A stretch of DNA of 64,000 nucleotides. It comes from an uncultured Phycisphaerales bacterium (lineage in GTDB: Bacteria > Planctomycetota > Phycisphaerae > Sedimentisphaerales > Anaerobacaceae). Location of the stretch: assembly GCA_963772725.1 (NCBI GenBank), contig CAVYYI010000001.1:256001-320000 (forward strand), given 5' to 3'. Position 1 is the first letter of the stretch. Every line of letters starts with the position of its first letter. The position numbers and the translations under genes are program-made. The notes beneath the pieces were generated by a model. It was not told the origin of the DNA and made no database searches. It was given only the letters and a program-made list of their open reading frames with translations. Of the stretch, positions 52,501 to 61,838 are shown piece by piece.

Positions 52501-54975
52501 ATGATAAAAGAGATTCAATTTTGGCGAAAGACAGTTTTGTTTCTATTGGTTTGTGTTGTCGTTCAGTTTGTGCGGGGGGCCGAGATTCCCAATAAAAACA
52601 AGCTTTGGTTTCTTCATCCGGCCAATGACTGGTACGAGGCAATGCCTCTTGGTAATGGAAGAATAGGCGCTATGGTCTATGGCGGTATTTTTCAAGAGCG
52701 AATATGCTTAAATGAGTTGAGTATATGGTCACATTCTATTGAAAAGAAATATGTAGGTGATGACTATAAAGCGTTAAGAAAGAATATTAAGGAGCTTGTT
52801 TATGCAGGTAAATACTACGATGCAGCCTTGCTCGATAGAGAAGTTCCGGAGTATGATAACCCGATGTTTCAAAAAGACGCAAAAGGCGCAAAACTCATAA
52901 ATGGCGTTACCGCCTCTCCGCATGCCCACGAGGTGCTCGGTAATCTTTATTTGCATTTGCCAAATATGGGATTTGTCGAAACAGATTATCGACGCGAACT
53001 CGATATAAGCAGAGCGGTACACACTATCACTTATAACATCAACGGCGTAAATTTTACTCGGGAATATTTCTGCAGCAATCCCGACAACGTTCTGGTAATG
53101 AAACTGAGCGCAGATAAGCCCGGCAGTATCAGTTTTTCGCTGACGATGGATAGGCCGATGACCGTTACAGAAAACCAGCAAGCCTGGTTCAAAACAAACT
53201 GGACTGTTCCGAATACTTATCCTGCCGCTTTCAAAACCATTTCTGATACGGAAGCAATTTTCGATGGTCAGGGCAGCGATAACGGCGTCAAATTCTGGTC
53301 TGCCGTTAAAATTATCAATAAAGGCGGAACTGCTAAGGCAAATAACGATAGGCTGACTGTAAATAATGCCGATATTGTTACAATATTTTTTGCCGCTGCC
53401 ACTAATTTCAAAAACTCCGACCCACAGGGAACGATAAAGAAACAAATTAGTAAGGCCGCATCTAAATCTTATGATAAACTGCTCAGCGACCACATTGCCG
53501 ATTATCAGCGGTTTTTTAGAAGAATGGATATCGACCTCGGTGTAAGGTCAAATGAAAATCTGCTGCCAACGGATGTTCGTCTGAGGGCATATCAGTTGAA
53601 AGTTTTAGACCCCAGGATGGCGCCTGGTGCGTTTGACCCGGGTTTGCAGGCCTTGTATTTCCAATATGCGCGTTATCTTTTTATATCGAGTTTTCACCCC
53701 GGCAATTTACCGCCTCGCAATTTCTGGAACGGAAGCCTCTATCCTGCATGGAATGGCAGAAACACGATAAACATTAACCAGCAGATGAACTTCTGGGGAG
53801 TCGAAATCGCGAATATCTCTGAATGCCATCAGTCCCAGTTAGACCAGCTTGTGGAGTTTATCCCTGCCGGACGGGAAATGGCAAAAAAAGTGTTCGACTG
53901 TAATGGAATTGTCTTTCCAGGGAGAGGTTTTACAATTTACGGCCCTGCATTTATTTATGACGACTGGATAGACGCTGCCGGCTGGTTTGCCCAGGATATG
54001 TGGCAACACTATCTCTATTCCTGCGACAAAAAGTTCCTTAGAGAGACCGCCTATCCTTATATGAAAGAATGCGCACAATTTTATCTCGATTATCTCATGC
54101 CATACCCCGGCGAGAAATTTTTAATTGCTGGGCCTTCCGCTTCACCTGAAAATTCATTTCTTGACCCTGCCACGAAAAAGCGGGCAAGTTTGGATGTGGC
54201 TGTTACCATAAGCAGGGCAATTATTCACGAATTGTTTATCAATACAATCGAAGCTGCGAAAATCCTTGACACCGATAAAGACCTTGTTGAAAGATTGGAA
54301 GAGACCATACCAAAGCTATGGCCTTATAAAATCAACAAATATGGGCAGCTCCATGAATGGTTCCATGATTTTGAAGAGGTGGAAATCGGTCATCGCCATT
54401 TTTCTCATCTTTACCCTGTATATCCAGGTTCTGAATTTACCATGGAGAAAACTCCGGAACTTGCCAAAGCAGCCAAGGTTTCGCTGCTGAGAAGATTAGA
54501 TAATACTGGGGGCAGTACCGGCTGGAGCAGAGCATGGAGTCTGTGCCTTGCTGCGAGATTCCAGGATCCGGACCTTGCTTATAAACAACTGGATGTCTTC
54601 ATAGAGGACCATTTATTGCCTAATATGATTTCCTCTCATCAGGTGTATGACGCCAAGGTATTTGCATACGGTCTGGACGGTAATGGCGGCTCATTGGCGG
54701 GAATGTGCGAGATGTTTCTGCAAAGCCATAAAGGATATATTGAACTTCTCGCCTGTTTTCCTGAGCAGCAATGGCCAAAAGGATTTATTAAGGGCCTGCG
54801 GGCGCGAGGCGGTTTTGAGGTGGATATATATTGGGAGAAAGGCAAATTGACAAAAACCGTTATAAAATCGCTTAATGGTAATACCTGTAAAATCCGCTAC
54901 GGCCAAAAACAGCTTGATTTTGAAACAACCGCAGGGAAGACTTATAGTTTTGATGGTAATCTGAAACTACAATAA
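52501..54975 (+). CDS. GH95, copy 6
   Basis: Start set by homology with copy 3 leader; AMPLGNGRIG, NTININ, SPEN, HRHFSHL, YGLDGN. Confidence 0.9.
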   Translation: MIKEIQFWRKTVLFLLVCVVVQFVRGAEIPNKNKLWFLHPANDWYEAMPLGNGRIGAMVYGGIFQERICLNELSIWSHSIEKKYVGDDYKALRKNIKELVYAGKYYDAALLDREVPEYDNPMFQKDAKGAKLINGVTASPHAHEVLGNLYLHLPNMGFVETDYRRELDISRAVHTITYNINGVNFTREYFCSNPDNVLVMKLSADKPGSISFSLTMDRPMTVTENQQAWFKTNWTVPNTYPAAFKTISDTEAIFDGQGSDNGVKFWSAVKIINKGGTAKANNDRLTVNNADIVTIFFAAATNFKNSDPQGTIKKQISKAASKSYDKLLSDHIADYQRFFRRMDIDLGVRSNENLLPTDVRLRAYQLKVLDPRMAPGAFDPGLQALYFQYARYLFISSFHPGNLPPRNFWNGSLYPAWNGRNTININQQMNFWGVEIANISECHQSQLDQLVEFIPAGREMAKKVFDCNGIVFPGRGFTIYGPAFIYDDWIDAAGWFAQDMWQHYLYSCDKKFLRETAYPYMKECAQFYLDYLMPYPGEKFLIAGPSASPENSFLDPATKKRASLDVAVTISRAIIHELFINTIEAAKILDTDKDLVERLEETIPKLWPYKINKYGQLHEWFHDFEEVEIGHRHFSHLYPVYPGSEFTMEKTPELAKAAKVSLLRRLDNTGGSTGWSRAWSLCLAARFQDPDLAYKQLDVFIEDHLLPNMISSHQVYDAKVFAYGLDGNGGSLAGMCEMFLQSHKGYIELLACFPEQQWPKGFIKGLRARGGFEVDIYWEKGKLTKTVIKSLNGNTCKIRYGQKQLDFETTAGKTYSFDGNLKLQ

Positions 54976-55014
54976 GATACTTGTATAATCGCCCTTGTGA
55001 AGGGAAAAAATATT

Positions 55015-57399
55015 ATGTTGTCAAAACATTTCAAGGTTTGTTTATCGGCATTAAGGTATGTGGTTCTGTTATCCTTGATGGTTATGGCGGGTGTGGCTCA
55101 AGGTAGCGAGATGGTATTGTGGTTTCAGCAACCTGCGGAACAATGGGAAGAGACGCTTCCGGTTGGTAACGGAAGGTTAGGGGCAATGGTTTTTGGTGGA
55201 ATTGAACAGGAGCATATTCAATTGAATGAAGACACTGTGTGGTCTGGCAGCCCCGTCAATATTGACAAGGTCGGAGCATATAAATATCTGGGTGAAGTAC
55301 GTCGATTACTTTTCGAAGGCAAATACCTTGAATCGCAGGAAATTGTTGAAGCTCAATTTATGAGCCAGAAAATCACTCACAGCTATCAGACGTTAGGTGA
55401 TATCGGCCTGCGTTTTAAGATTGGAGCAGATATTAGTGATTACAGACGGGAGCTGAACCTTGACAGTGCGCTCGCACGTGTGATTTATCGTGATGGCGAC
55501 GCCACATTTATGCGAGAGGTTTTTTCCAGTGCGCCGCATCAAGTGTTGGTCGTCAGGCTGACTTGCGACAAGACAAAGCGGATTTCATTTGAGTTAGATA
55601 TGAGCCGTCCTGAATTTGCTAATGTTGTACCTGTCAGCTCTAATCGGCTTGTCATGAAAGGTCAGGTAGACCATGGCAAAAAGAATGAAGGTGTGAGATT
55701 TGAAGCTCATTTGCAGGTTATTGCAGAAGGCGGCGATGTAAAGCCAAAAGGGACAGGCCTTCTCATTAAAGATGCAAATGCAGTAACGTTATTATTGGCC
55801 GCAGCGACAAATTACTATGGTGGCGACCCGGCGGTGATTTGCACGAAACAATTGGCTGCTGCGGCAAAAATTTCATATCAAACTCTTCGAGAAGCCCATA
55901 TGGCTGATTACCAACGGTTCTTCCGCCGTGTAGACCTTAATCTTGGTCATAGCGAGGCTGTGAATCGGCCTACAGACCAACGTTTCATTGCAGTAAAACA
56001 AGGCAAGGATGATCCGCAGCTAATTGCGCAATTCTTTCAACTCGGACGGTATTTACTCATCAGTTCATCACGGCCTGGCTGTATGCCAACTAATCAGCAG
56101 GGTATTTGGAACTATCAGATTGAACCGCCTTACTTTTGTGGTTATACCTTGAATGGAACCGGTCAGATGCAATATTGGCCGGCGGAGGTATGTAATTTAT
56201 CTGAATGTCATGAGCCATGGTTTGACCTAATCGACAATCTCCGTCGTTCCGGTCGTAAAACCGCTCGCCAGGTGTATGGCTGTCGCGGCTTCGTTGCTTC
56301 ACATAGAACCAATGTCTGGTGGTTTACAAGCCCAATGCTCGGTCATGATATATGGCCTACAAGTGCAGCGTGGCTCTGTCGACATTTATGGGAACACTAT
56401 CTATTTACGGGCGATCGCAAATTTCTGGAATATCGTGCATTTCCTGTGATGAAAGAGGCAGCCGAGTTCCACCTTGACTGGCTTGTCGAAAATCCCAAAA
56501 CCGGTAAACTGGTCAGTGGTCCATCCTACTCTCCGGAAAATACCTTCCTTCTGCCAGACGGGAACAAAGGTCATATTGTTATGGGTCCAACAGTAGACCA
56601 GGAGATTATCTGGGAACTGTTCACTAATTGCCTCGAAGCGGCAAAAGTGTTGGGTATTGAGGATGATTTTGCCAAAGAAGTTAGATCGGCTCGCGATCGC
56701 CTTGCCGGGCCGCAGATTGGTTCTGATGGGCGATTAATGGAATGGCCGGAGGATTTTAAAGAATCTGATCCCGGACACCGTCGCTGTGCACACTTGTATG
56801 CTTTATATCCCGGCTATCAAATTACTCCTGAAGGTACTCCGCAGCTATCAGCGGCGGCGCGTAAAACGCTGGAATATCGCCTTGCTCATAGCCGAACCAC
56901 GAAGGAAGTGACCTCACAACTTGGCAACACGGGCAGGGGACTTTCCTGGGCCGTTAATTGGTGGGCCAGACTGGGTGAAGGAGATAATGCCTATACAAGC
57001 TTAAATGAACTGTTGCGTACATCCGCCTTTAAAAATCTTTTGATAAATCATCCTCATAATCCTCCAGTGTTCCAGATTGGCGGGAATTTAGCTGGCTCAG
57101 CCGGCATTGCTGAAATGCTTTTGCAGTCGCACAGCACTGACCAAAGTGCCGCACCTGGGCCTCTGCATTTGCTTCCTGCTTTGCCAAAAGCCTGGCCTGT
57201 GGGGTATGTTAAAGGCTTGCGCGCACGCGGTGGATTTGAGGTTGATATTTACTGGGAAAAGGGTAAACTAATAAAGGCTGTTATTAAATCGTTTAATGGT
57301 AATACGTGTAAAATCCGCTATGGCCAGAAACAGCTTGATTTTGAAACAACCGCAGGGAAATCTTACAGTATTGATGACAATCTGAAACTGTTAAATTAA
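55015..57399 (+). CDS. GH95, copy 7 (base-activating Asn/Asp pair replaced)
   Basis: MLSKHF start; [25 protein letters not shown]. Confidence 0.9.
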   Translation: MLSKHFKVCLSALRYVVLLSLMVMAGVAQGSEMVLWFQQPAEQWEETLPVGNGRLGAMVFGGIEQEHIQLNEDTVWSGSPVNIDKVGAYKYLGEVRRLLFEGKYLESQEIVEAQFMSQKITHSYQTLGDIGLRFKIGADISDYRRELNLDSALARVIYRDGDATFMREVFSSAPHQVLVVRLTCDKTKRISFELDMSRPEFANVVPVSSNRLVMKGQVDHGKKNEGVRFEAHLQVIAEGGDVKPKGTGLLIKDANAVTLLLAAATNYYGGDPAVICTKQLAAAAKISYQTLREAHMADYQRFFRRVDLNLGHSEAVNRPTDQRFIAVKQGKDDPQLIAQFFQLGRYLLISSSRPGCMPTNQQGIWNYQIEPPYFCGYTLNGTGQMQYWPAEVCNLSECHEPWFDLIDNLRRSGRKTARQVYGCRGFVASHRTNVWWFTSPMLGHDIWPTSAAWLCRHLWEHYLFTGDRKFLEYRAFPVMKEAAEFHLDWLVENPKTGKLVSGPSYSPENTFLLPDGNKGHIVMGPTVDQEIIWELFTNCLEAAKVLGIEDDFAKEVRSARDRLAGPQIGSDGRLMEWPEDFKESDPGHRRCAHLYALYPGYQITPEGTPQLSAAARKTLEYRLAHSRTTKEVTSQLGNTGRGLSWAVNWWARLGEGDNAYTSLNELLRTSAFKNLLINHPHNPPVFQIGGNLAGSAGIAEMLLQSHSTDQSAAPGPLHLLPALPKAWPVGYVKGLRARGGFEVDIYWEKGKLIKAVIKSFNGNTCKIRYGQKQLDFETTAGKSYSIDDNLKLLN

Positions 57400-57472
57400 A
57401 AATTGTCGGACAAATTGTTTATATTTTATGAAGTTAAAATTATGTTTTTAAGTGTTTAAAAGGAAATCCAGA

Positions 57473-59509
57473 GTGAGGTCCACACAACATTCTTTTCGTC
57501 ACCGATTCATCCGATTCACAATGCCCTTGGTCATGATTGCTGCCGCTCAGGGACATGCGGCGATTCACACCATGGAGACGCCGTGCAATCCCATCACCGG
57601 CGATGTGGAATCTCAACGCATTGCCTCGTCCGTTGTGACGGCATGGATTCGCACGGAACCAGGCACGTTTCGAATGGGGGCAACTCCCGCCCCCGACGTG
57701 ATGAAGGCCGGCTTTCGAGCCTACACGGGAGCTAACTGGGATGAGGCGCCCGTCCATACGGTGCGCATCACGCAGCCCTTCCGAATCGCCCAATCCGCCG
57801 TGACGATGGAGGAGTTCTCCCGGTTTAGCCCAGACTACCGGGCCCGGGTGGAGGCCCGAGGGGGCCAGTGGCAACCAAACGCTCCCGCGGTGCTGGTGAG
57901 TTGGGAGGACGCAACGGCCTACTGCGACTGGCTGAGCAAGAAGGAAGGTCGTCCCTTCCGGCTTCCTACCGAGGCGGAATGGGAGTTTGCCGCCACCAAA
58001 CTCAACGCGCAGGTGGAGGAATGGTGTCTGGACTGGTGGGCACCATATCAAGCGGGACCGGAGACAGACCCGCTGGGCCCCGAAGACGGCATGGTGCGGG
58101 TGATCCGGGGCCGCAGCGCAAAGACTCGCAATGGGATGGACCTCGTCGAAGTGGGGGGCGTGGTAAAGCGTGTTCCTCGGAAAATCCCGGCACGGCTCAC
58201 CGATCGTTCAGGCAGTCTTCCCGAGGATCGTCGGTTTGAGATTGGATTCCGTCTCGTGGAGGCGGCTTTGCCTCAGGGGCAGCATCGGGCGAAGGAACCG
58301 TCGGCGCAGGTTTACCGGAACGTCTCGCAGAAGCGTGTTGCCTGGAAACCGCAGGAAAACCCGGACAAGCCGATTCTGGAAGGAGGGGTCGAGTTCATCC
58401 AAAAACCGGCGGATTATGCTTCACTTCCCTACTGGAGTCGTCACCACGGTCCCTCGTTGTCTTGGTGCGACAATGGCGACCTGCTCGCTGCAGTCTTTAC
58501 GGGTCCGGATGATGGCAGCGATCAGTTCGCCATCCTGCTGACCCGGCTTCGCTGCGGCACGACGCAGTGGGATCCGCCAGCCCGCCACTGGATTGCGCCG
58601 GACAGAAACGTAGCTTGTCCTTATCTCTTCCATACTCCAAGCGGTGATATCGACTTCTTTGCCACATTGTCTTCGTCCAAAGGCCCACAGCATGCGCTGG
58701 TGCGGCAGATCAGTAAAGACCACGGCACAACCTGGAGTGCGCCAAAGATCGTTCACGAATGGCCTACGAAACCCGCCTCTTTGAAGACTTGGGAGGGTGA
58801 ACCGCGGCTCTGGGCTCATCTGCCGATTGTCACCCTGTCTGATGGAACTTGGATCATGCCGTCCGATGTGAGCGGCGGCCACTACTGCGGCACCGTGCTT
58901 TTCGAGAGCAACGACAACGGCGAGACTTGGCGGGAACGGACGCGGTTTGGGTGGAACGCAGAAGGGTTTGCGAAAAAGGGCGGACAATCCGGCTGGATTG
59001 CAGGGATTCACGCACCGTTTGTCGTCAGTGCAGATGGCAGCTTCCTTGCCTTTGGCAGGACCAACGACATTGAAGGGCACGCTCCGATGAGTGTTTCCTC
59101 TGACGGAGGCCGCACGTGGAATCACCAGGCCAGTCCGTTTCCTCCAATCGGCTCAGCCCAGCGTCCGGTCCTGATGCGCCTGAGCGAAGGGCCGCTGCTT
59201 TTCATCAGTTTCACCGGTCTCGGAAAGGAGATTACCGCAAAGAAAGCGGGCATTTCTATGATGGACGTGAACGGGAAAGTCACCGATGGCTACGGTACGT
59301 TTGCAGCGCTGTCCTTTGATGAGGGGAAGACGTGGAAGCACCACAAGCTCATCCCGATGGACCCGACGAAGAACCCCTGGGACTCCCAAGCTTCCGGCTA
59401 CCTTGCCTGCGTGCAAAGCCCCGATGGGATGATCCATCTGGTCAGTAGCAGTCGTTACTTCCGCTTCAACCTCGCATGGCTCAAAACGCCAATGCCTGCT
59501 GTTAAATAA
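57473..59509 (+). CDS. Secreted FGE/SUMF1-fold + BNR (Asp-box, sialidase-like) propeller protein, high GC
   Basis: GTG after AAGGA; PGTFRMG, DEAPVHTV, VSWEDA, RLPTEAEWEFA, IGFRLV; Asp-boxes SKDHGTTW, SNDNGETW, SSDGGRTW, SFDEGKTW. Confidence 0.85.
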   Translation: MRSTQHSFRHRFIRFTMPLVMIAAAQGHAAIHTMETPCNPITGDVESQRIASSVVTAWIRTEPGTFRMGATPAPDVMKAGFRAYTGANWDEAPVHTVRITQPFRIAQSAVTMEEFSRFSPDYRARVEARGGQWQPNAPAVLVSWEDATAYCDWLSKKEGRPFRLPTEAEWEFAATKLNAQVEEWCLDWWAPYQAGPETDPLGPEDGMVRVIRGRSAKTRNGMDLVEVGGVVKRVPRKIPARLTDRSGSLPEDRRFEIGFRLVEAALPQGQHRAKEPSAQVYRNVSQKRVAWKPQENPDKPILEGGVEFIQKPADYASLPYWSRHHGPSLSWCDNGDLLAAVFTGPDDGSDQFAILLTRLRCGTTQWDPPARHWIAPDRNVACPYLFHTPSGDIDFFATLSSSKGPQHALVRQISKDHGTTWSAPKIVHEWPTKPASLKTWEGEPRLWAHLPIVTLSDGTWIMPSDVSGGHYCGTVLFESNDNGETWRERTRFGWNAEGFAKKGGQSGWIAGIHAPFVVSADGSFLAFGRTNDIEGHAPMSVSSDGGRTWNHQASPFPPIGSAQRPVLMRLSEGPLLFISFTGLGKEITAKKAGISMMDVNGKVTDGYGTFAALSFDEGKTWKHHKLIPMDPTKNPWDSQASGYLACVQSPDGMIHLVSSSRYFRFNLAWLKTPMPAVK

Positions 59510-59543
59510 AACTATTTATTTTTTTATGAAAGGATTTTAAACA

Positions 59544-61796
59544 ATGAAATACTCAAAGAAGTGGCTATTGGTAACATCCTGTATTATTACGATTATCAGC
59601 GCTAATGTTTCTTTCGCAAAAGACCAGGTCAAAGATAATTCAACAGCGACTGTTATCAAAACCCAGGGACTTATCGTTAATATAGAAAAAAATGGCTTTC
59701 GTTTTTCCTTTGCCAGTCCGGATGGCAAACAAATAGCAGGGCCGCATGAACAAAGTGGTATCGAGTTAGGCCCAATAGACAATTTACAGCCTGTACAAAC
59801 AACAAAATATATCAGCTCTAAAAATGGTATTCATCGTTTTGAAGTTGCGACTGCGAAAAATATCAAAGCTGACATACAGATTAGTTTGTCGCCCAATCAC
59901 GCTCATTTTTCTGTAAAGCCGCATGTCAGTGAACCGATTGCTGTCGTTGCCAGGGTGGCTGGCGCATCTCCGGGCTATGGTCTTGCCGACCATATCCCTC
60001 AGTGGGTCTTCCCTGAAGGAACCCGTTCAACGGCTATAAAAGGACGCGGAACTGAAATAACCGGTTACAGTAATGACAATTTTTATGCTACCGGAGCGGC
60101 ATTCTCAAGACTGGTCAGCAATTTTGCAATTTATCCAAAAAGTGGCTTTGCTGTTGTAAATTTTGACCCATGGCCAAAAATTGTCCGCAGTACAAAAGAT
60201 GAGATTGCACAGGGCAGCAGAAACACCCGCGAAATGAACCAACTCCACTTTTTCTTCGGGAATCCACACCAGATTTATGCGGCCTATCTGAAAGTACGCA
60301 ACGAAAGCGGGTATCCAGTTATGTTCCCGAAATATGAATTCTTCGGAGTCGGCTGGGAGGCTTTCGGCACTCTGGCATGGAGAACAAGCCAAAAAACCGT
60401 TACGGAAGATGTCGATAAATATCTCGAACTTGGCTATCCGCTTCGATGGATGGTTGTAGGCTCAGGCTTCTGGGAAACCGGCCTCAAAACTGGAAGACTC
60501 GGTGCCACCACAAGTTTTGGTATGTGGGATAAAAAACTCTATCCTGATCCAAATGGACTGATTGAACATTTCCACGCAAAGGGTCTGAAATTTTTCCTCG
60601 GCCTCCGAATAGGTTTCATTGTTGATGGGCCTTTTACACCGGAAGGCGCAAAAAAAGGTTATTTTCTAAAAGACAAAAACGGTGACCTTAGAATATTCAG
60701 GGTCGGATATCCCAAAGAGCCTATATATCTGCTCGATGCACAAAATAAAGATGCCGTAAAATGGTATGTTGACCTCTGTAAAAAATGGAAAGTTGACGGC
60801 TTCAAGGAAGATCTTTACGGTTACGGCAAATATGTCCTGCGCGACGATAAGCTCAACCCCGTAAATGAAGCTCTCATGAAAGAAGGATTTTATATAATGG
60901 GGCGCAACGGGTACATCGGCTCCGCATGTGACATCCATCGCCTTGATGATTTTAATTACGACCAGGACCAGGATAGAGGGCCTATTAACGGTTTTGCCTT
61001 TGCATACAGCGGACTGCCGCTTGTTTATCCTGATATTATCGGAGGCTGTTTCGGCGACAGAGATTTCGATAAAGAAATATCAAGTCGCATAAAGACCTAT
61101 CTTATGCGAAACGCGCAATGGGCATCGCTGCATCCGTCACTATCTATGGGTAAAGGGCCATGGAATTATAAGGATGCGCAAGTGGAAAAAGTAATACTTG
61201 ATGCCGCTAAACTTCATGACCGTCTTCATCCGTATATTTACAGCCAGGCTGTGCGTTTCTTCCACGATGGTTATCCCTGGACAATGTGTCCGCTGCCTAT
61301 CGCCTTCAGCGAAGACCCCAATGTTGACAGCCGCGAAAACAATGGAATAAGAGGCTACCAGTGGATGCTCGGCGATGCTTTGATGGCCGCACCGCTTTAT
61401 GGAAATGATTACGACACTGCCACAACGCGCAATATTTATCTGCCGGCTGGCAACTGGATAGAGTACGATAGCGGAGTAATGCATAGCGGCCCAAAAATGC
61501 TTGAAAATTATCCGCTGCCGGTAGGTAAAACGCCTTTGTTTGTCGGCGGAACTGGAATCGTTATCGAAAAGCAAGACGACGAATTAGTATGCCGGATTTA
61601 TCCTGTAGCTAAGCAGGTTGAAACTGTTTTCTGGGGCAAAGACGCGCAGACCAAGAGTCGGATAAAAATCGGTAACCCTGACTGGAAACAGCCTGGAGTT
61701 GCAGATACAACTACCGGCAAAACCGTTTCAGGCAGTTGGGTACGTTATGCTTATCAGTTTGTATTCGAGGTCGGTCACAATTATGAAGTGAAGTAG
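59544..61796 (+). CDS. Secreted GH31-family glycosidase
   Basis: WDKKLYPDP, DGFKED nucleophile-like motif, PDIIGG, YQWMLGDALMAAP, IYLPAGNW. Confidence 0.82.
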   Translation: MKYSKKWLLVTSCIITIISANVSFAKDQVKDNSTATVIKTQGLIVNIEKNGFRFSFASPDGKQIAGPHEQSGIELGPIDNLQPVQTTKYISSKNGIHRFEVATAKNIKADIQISLSPNHAHFSVKPHVSEPIAVVARVAGASPGYGLADHIPQWVFPEGTRSTAIKGRGTEITGYSNDNFYATGAAFSRLVSNFAIYPKSGFAVVNFDPWPKIVRSTKDEIAQGSRNTREMNQLHFFFGNPHQIYAAYLKVRNESGYPVMFPKYEFFGVGWEAFGTLAWRTSQKTVTEDVDKYLELGYPLRWMVVGSGFWETGLKTGRLGATTSFGMWDKKLYPDPNGLIEHFHAKGLKFFLGLRIGFIVDGPFTPEGAKKGYFLKDKNGDLRIFRVGYPKEPIYLLDAQNKDAVKWYVDLCKKWKVDGFKEDLYGYGKYVLRDDKLNPVNEALMKEGFYIMGRNGYIGSACDIHRLDDFNYDQDQDRGPINGFAFAYSGLPLVYPDIIGGCFGDRDFDKEISSRIKTYLMRNAQWASLHPSLSMGKGPWNYKDAQVEKVILDAAKLHDRLHPYIYSQAVRFFHDGYPWTMCPLPIAFSEDPNVDSRENNGIRGYQWMLGDALMAAPLYGNDYDTATTRNIYLPAGNWIEYDSGVMHSGPKMLENYPLPVGKTPLFVGGTGIVIEKQDDELVCRIYPVAKQVETVFWGKDAQTKSRIKIGNPDWKQPGVADTTTGKTVSGSWVRYAYQFVFEVGHNYEVK

Positions 61797-61838
61797 CTTA
61801 ATGTTATAAAATGTTATAAAGAAAGGAAAGCAGTCAAA

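Noticed and set aside
5631..57399. Diversity-generating retroelement or shufflon behind the repeated gene ends
   Set aside because: No reverse transcriptase or site-specific recombinase in the window, and differences between copies are not adenine-specific
57473..58260. Active formylglycine-generating enzyme for the sulfatase
   Set aside because: Lacks the Cys-containing catalytic motif and is fused to a BNR propeller
61801..61820. ATGTTATAAA x2 tandem repeat
   Set aside because: Short AT-rich intergenic slippage duplication with no other copies seen
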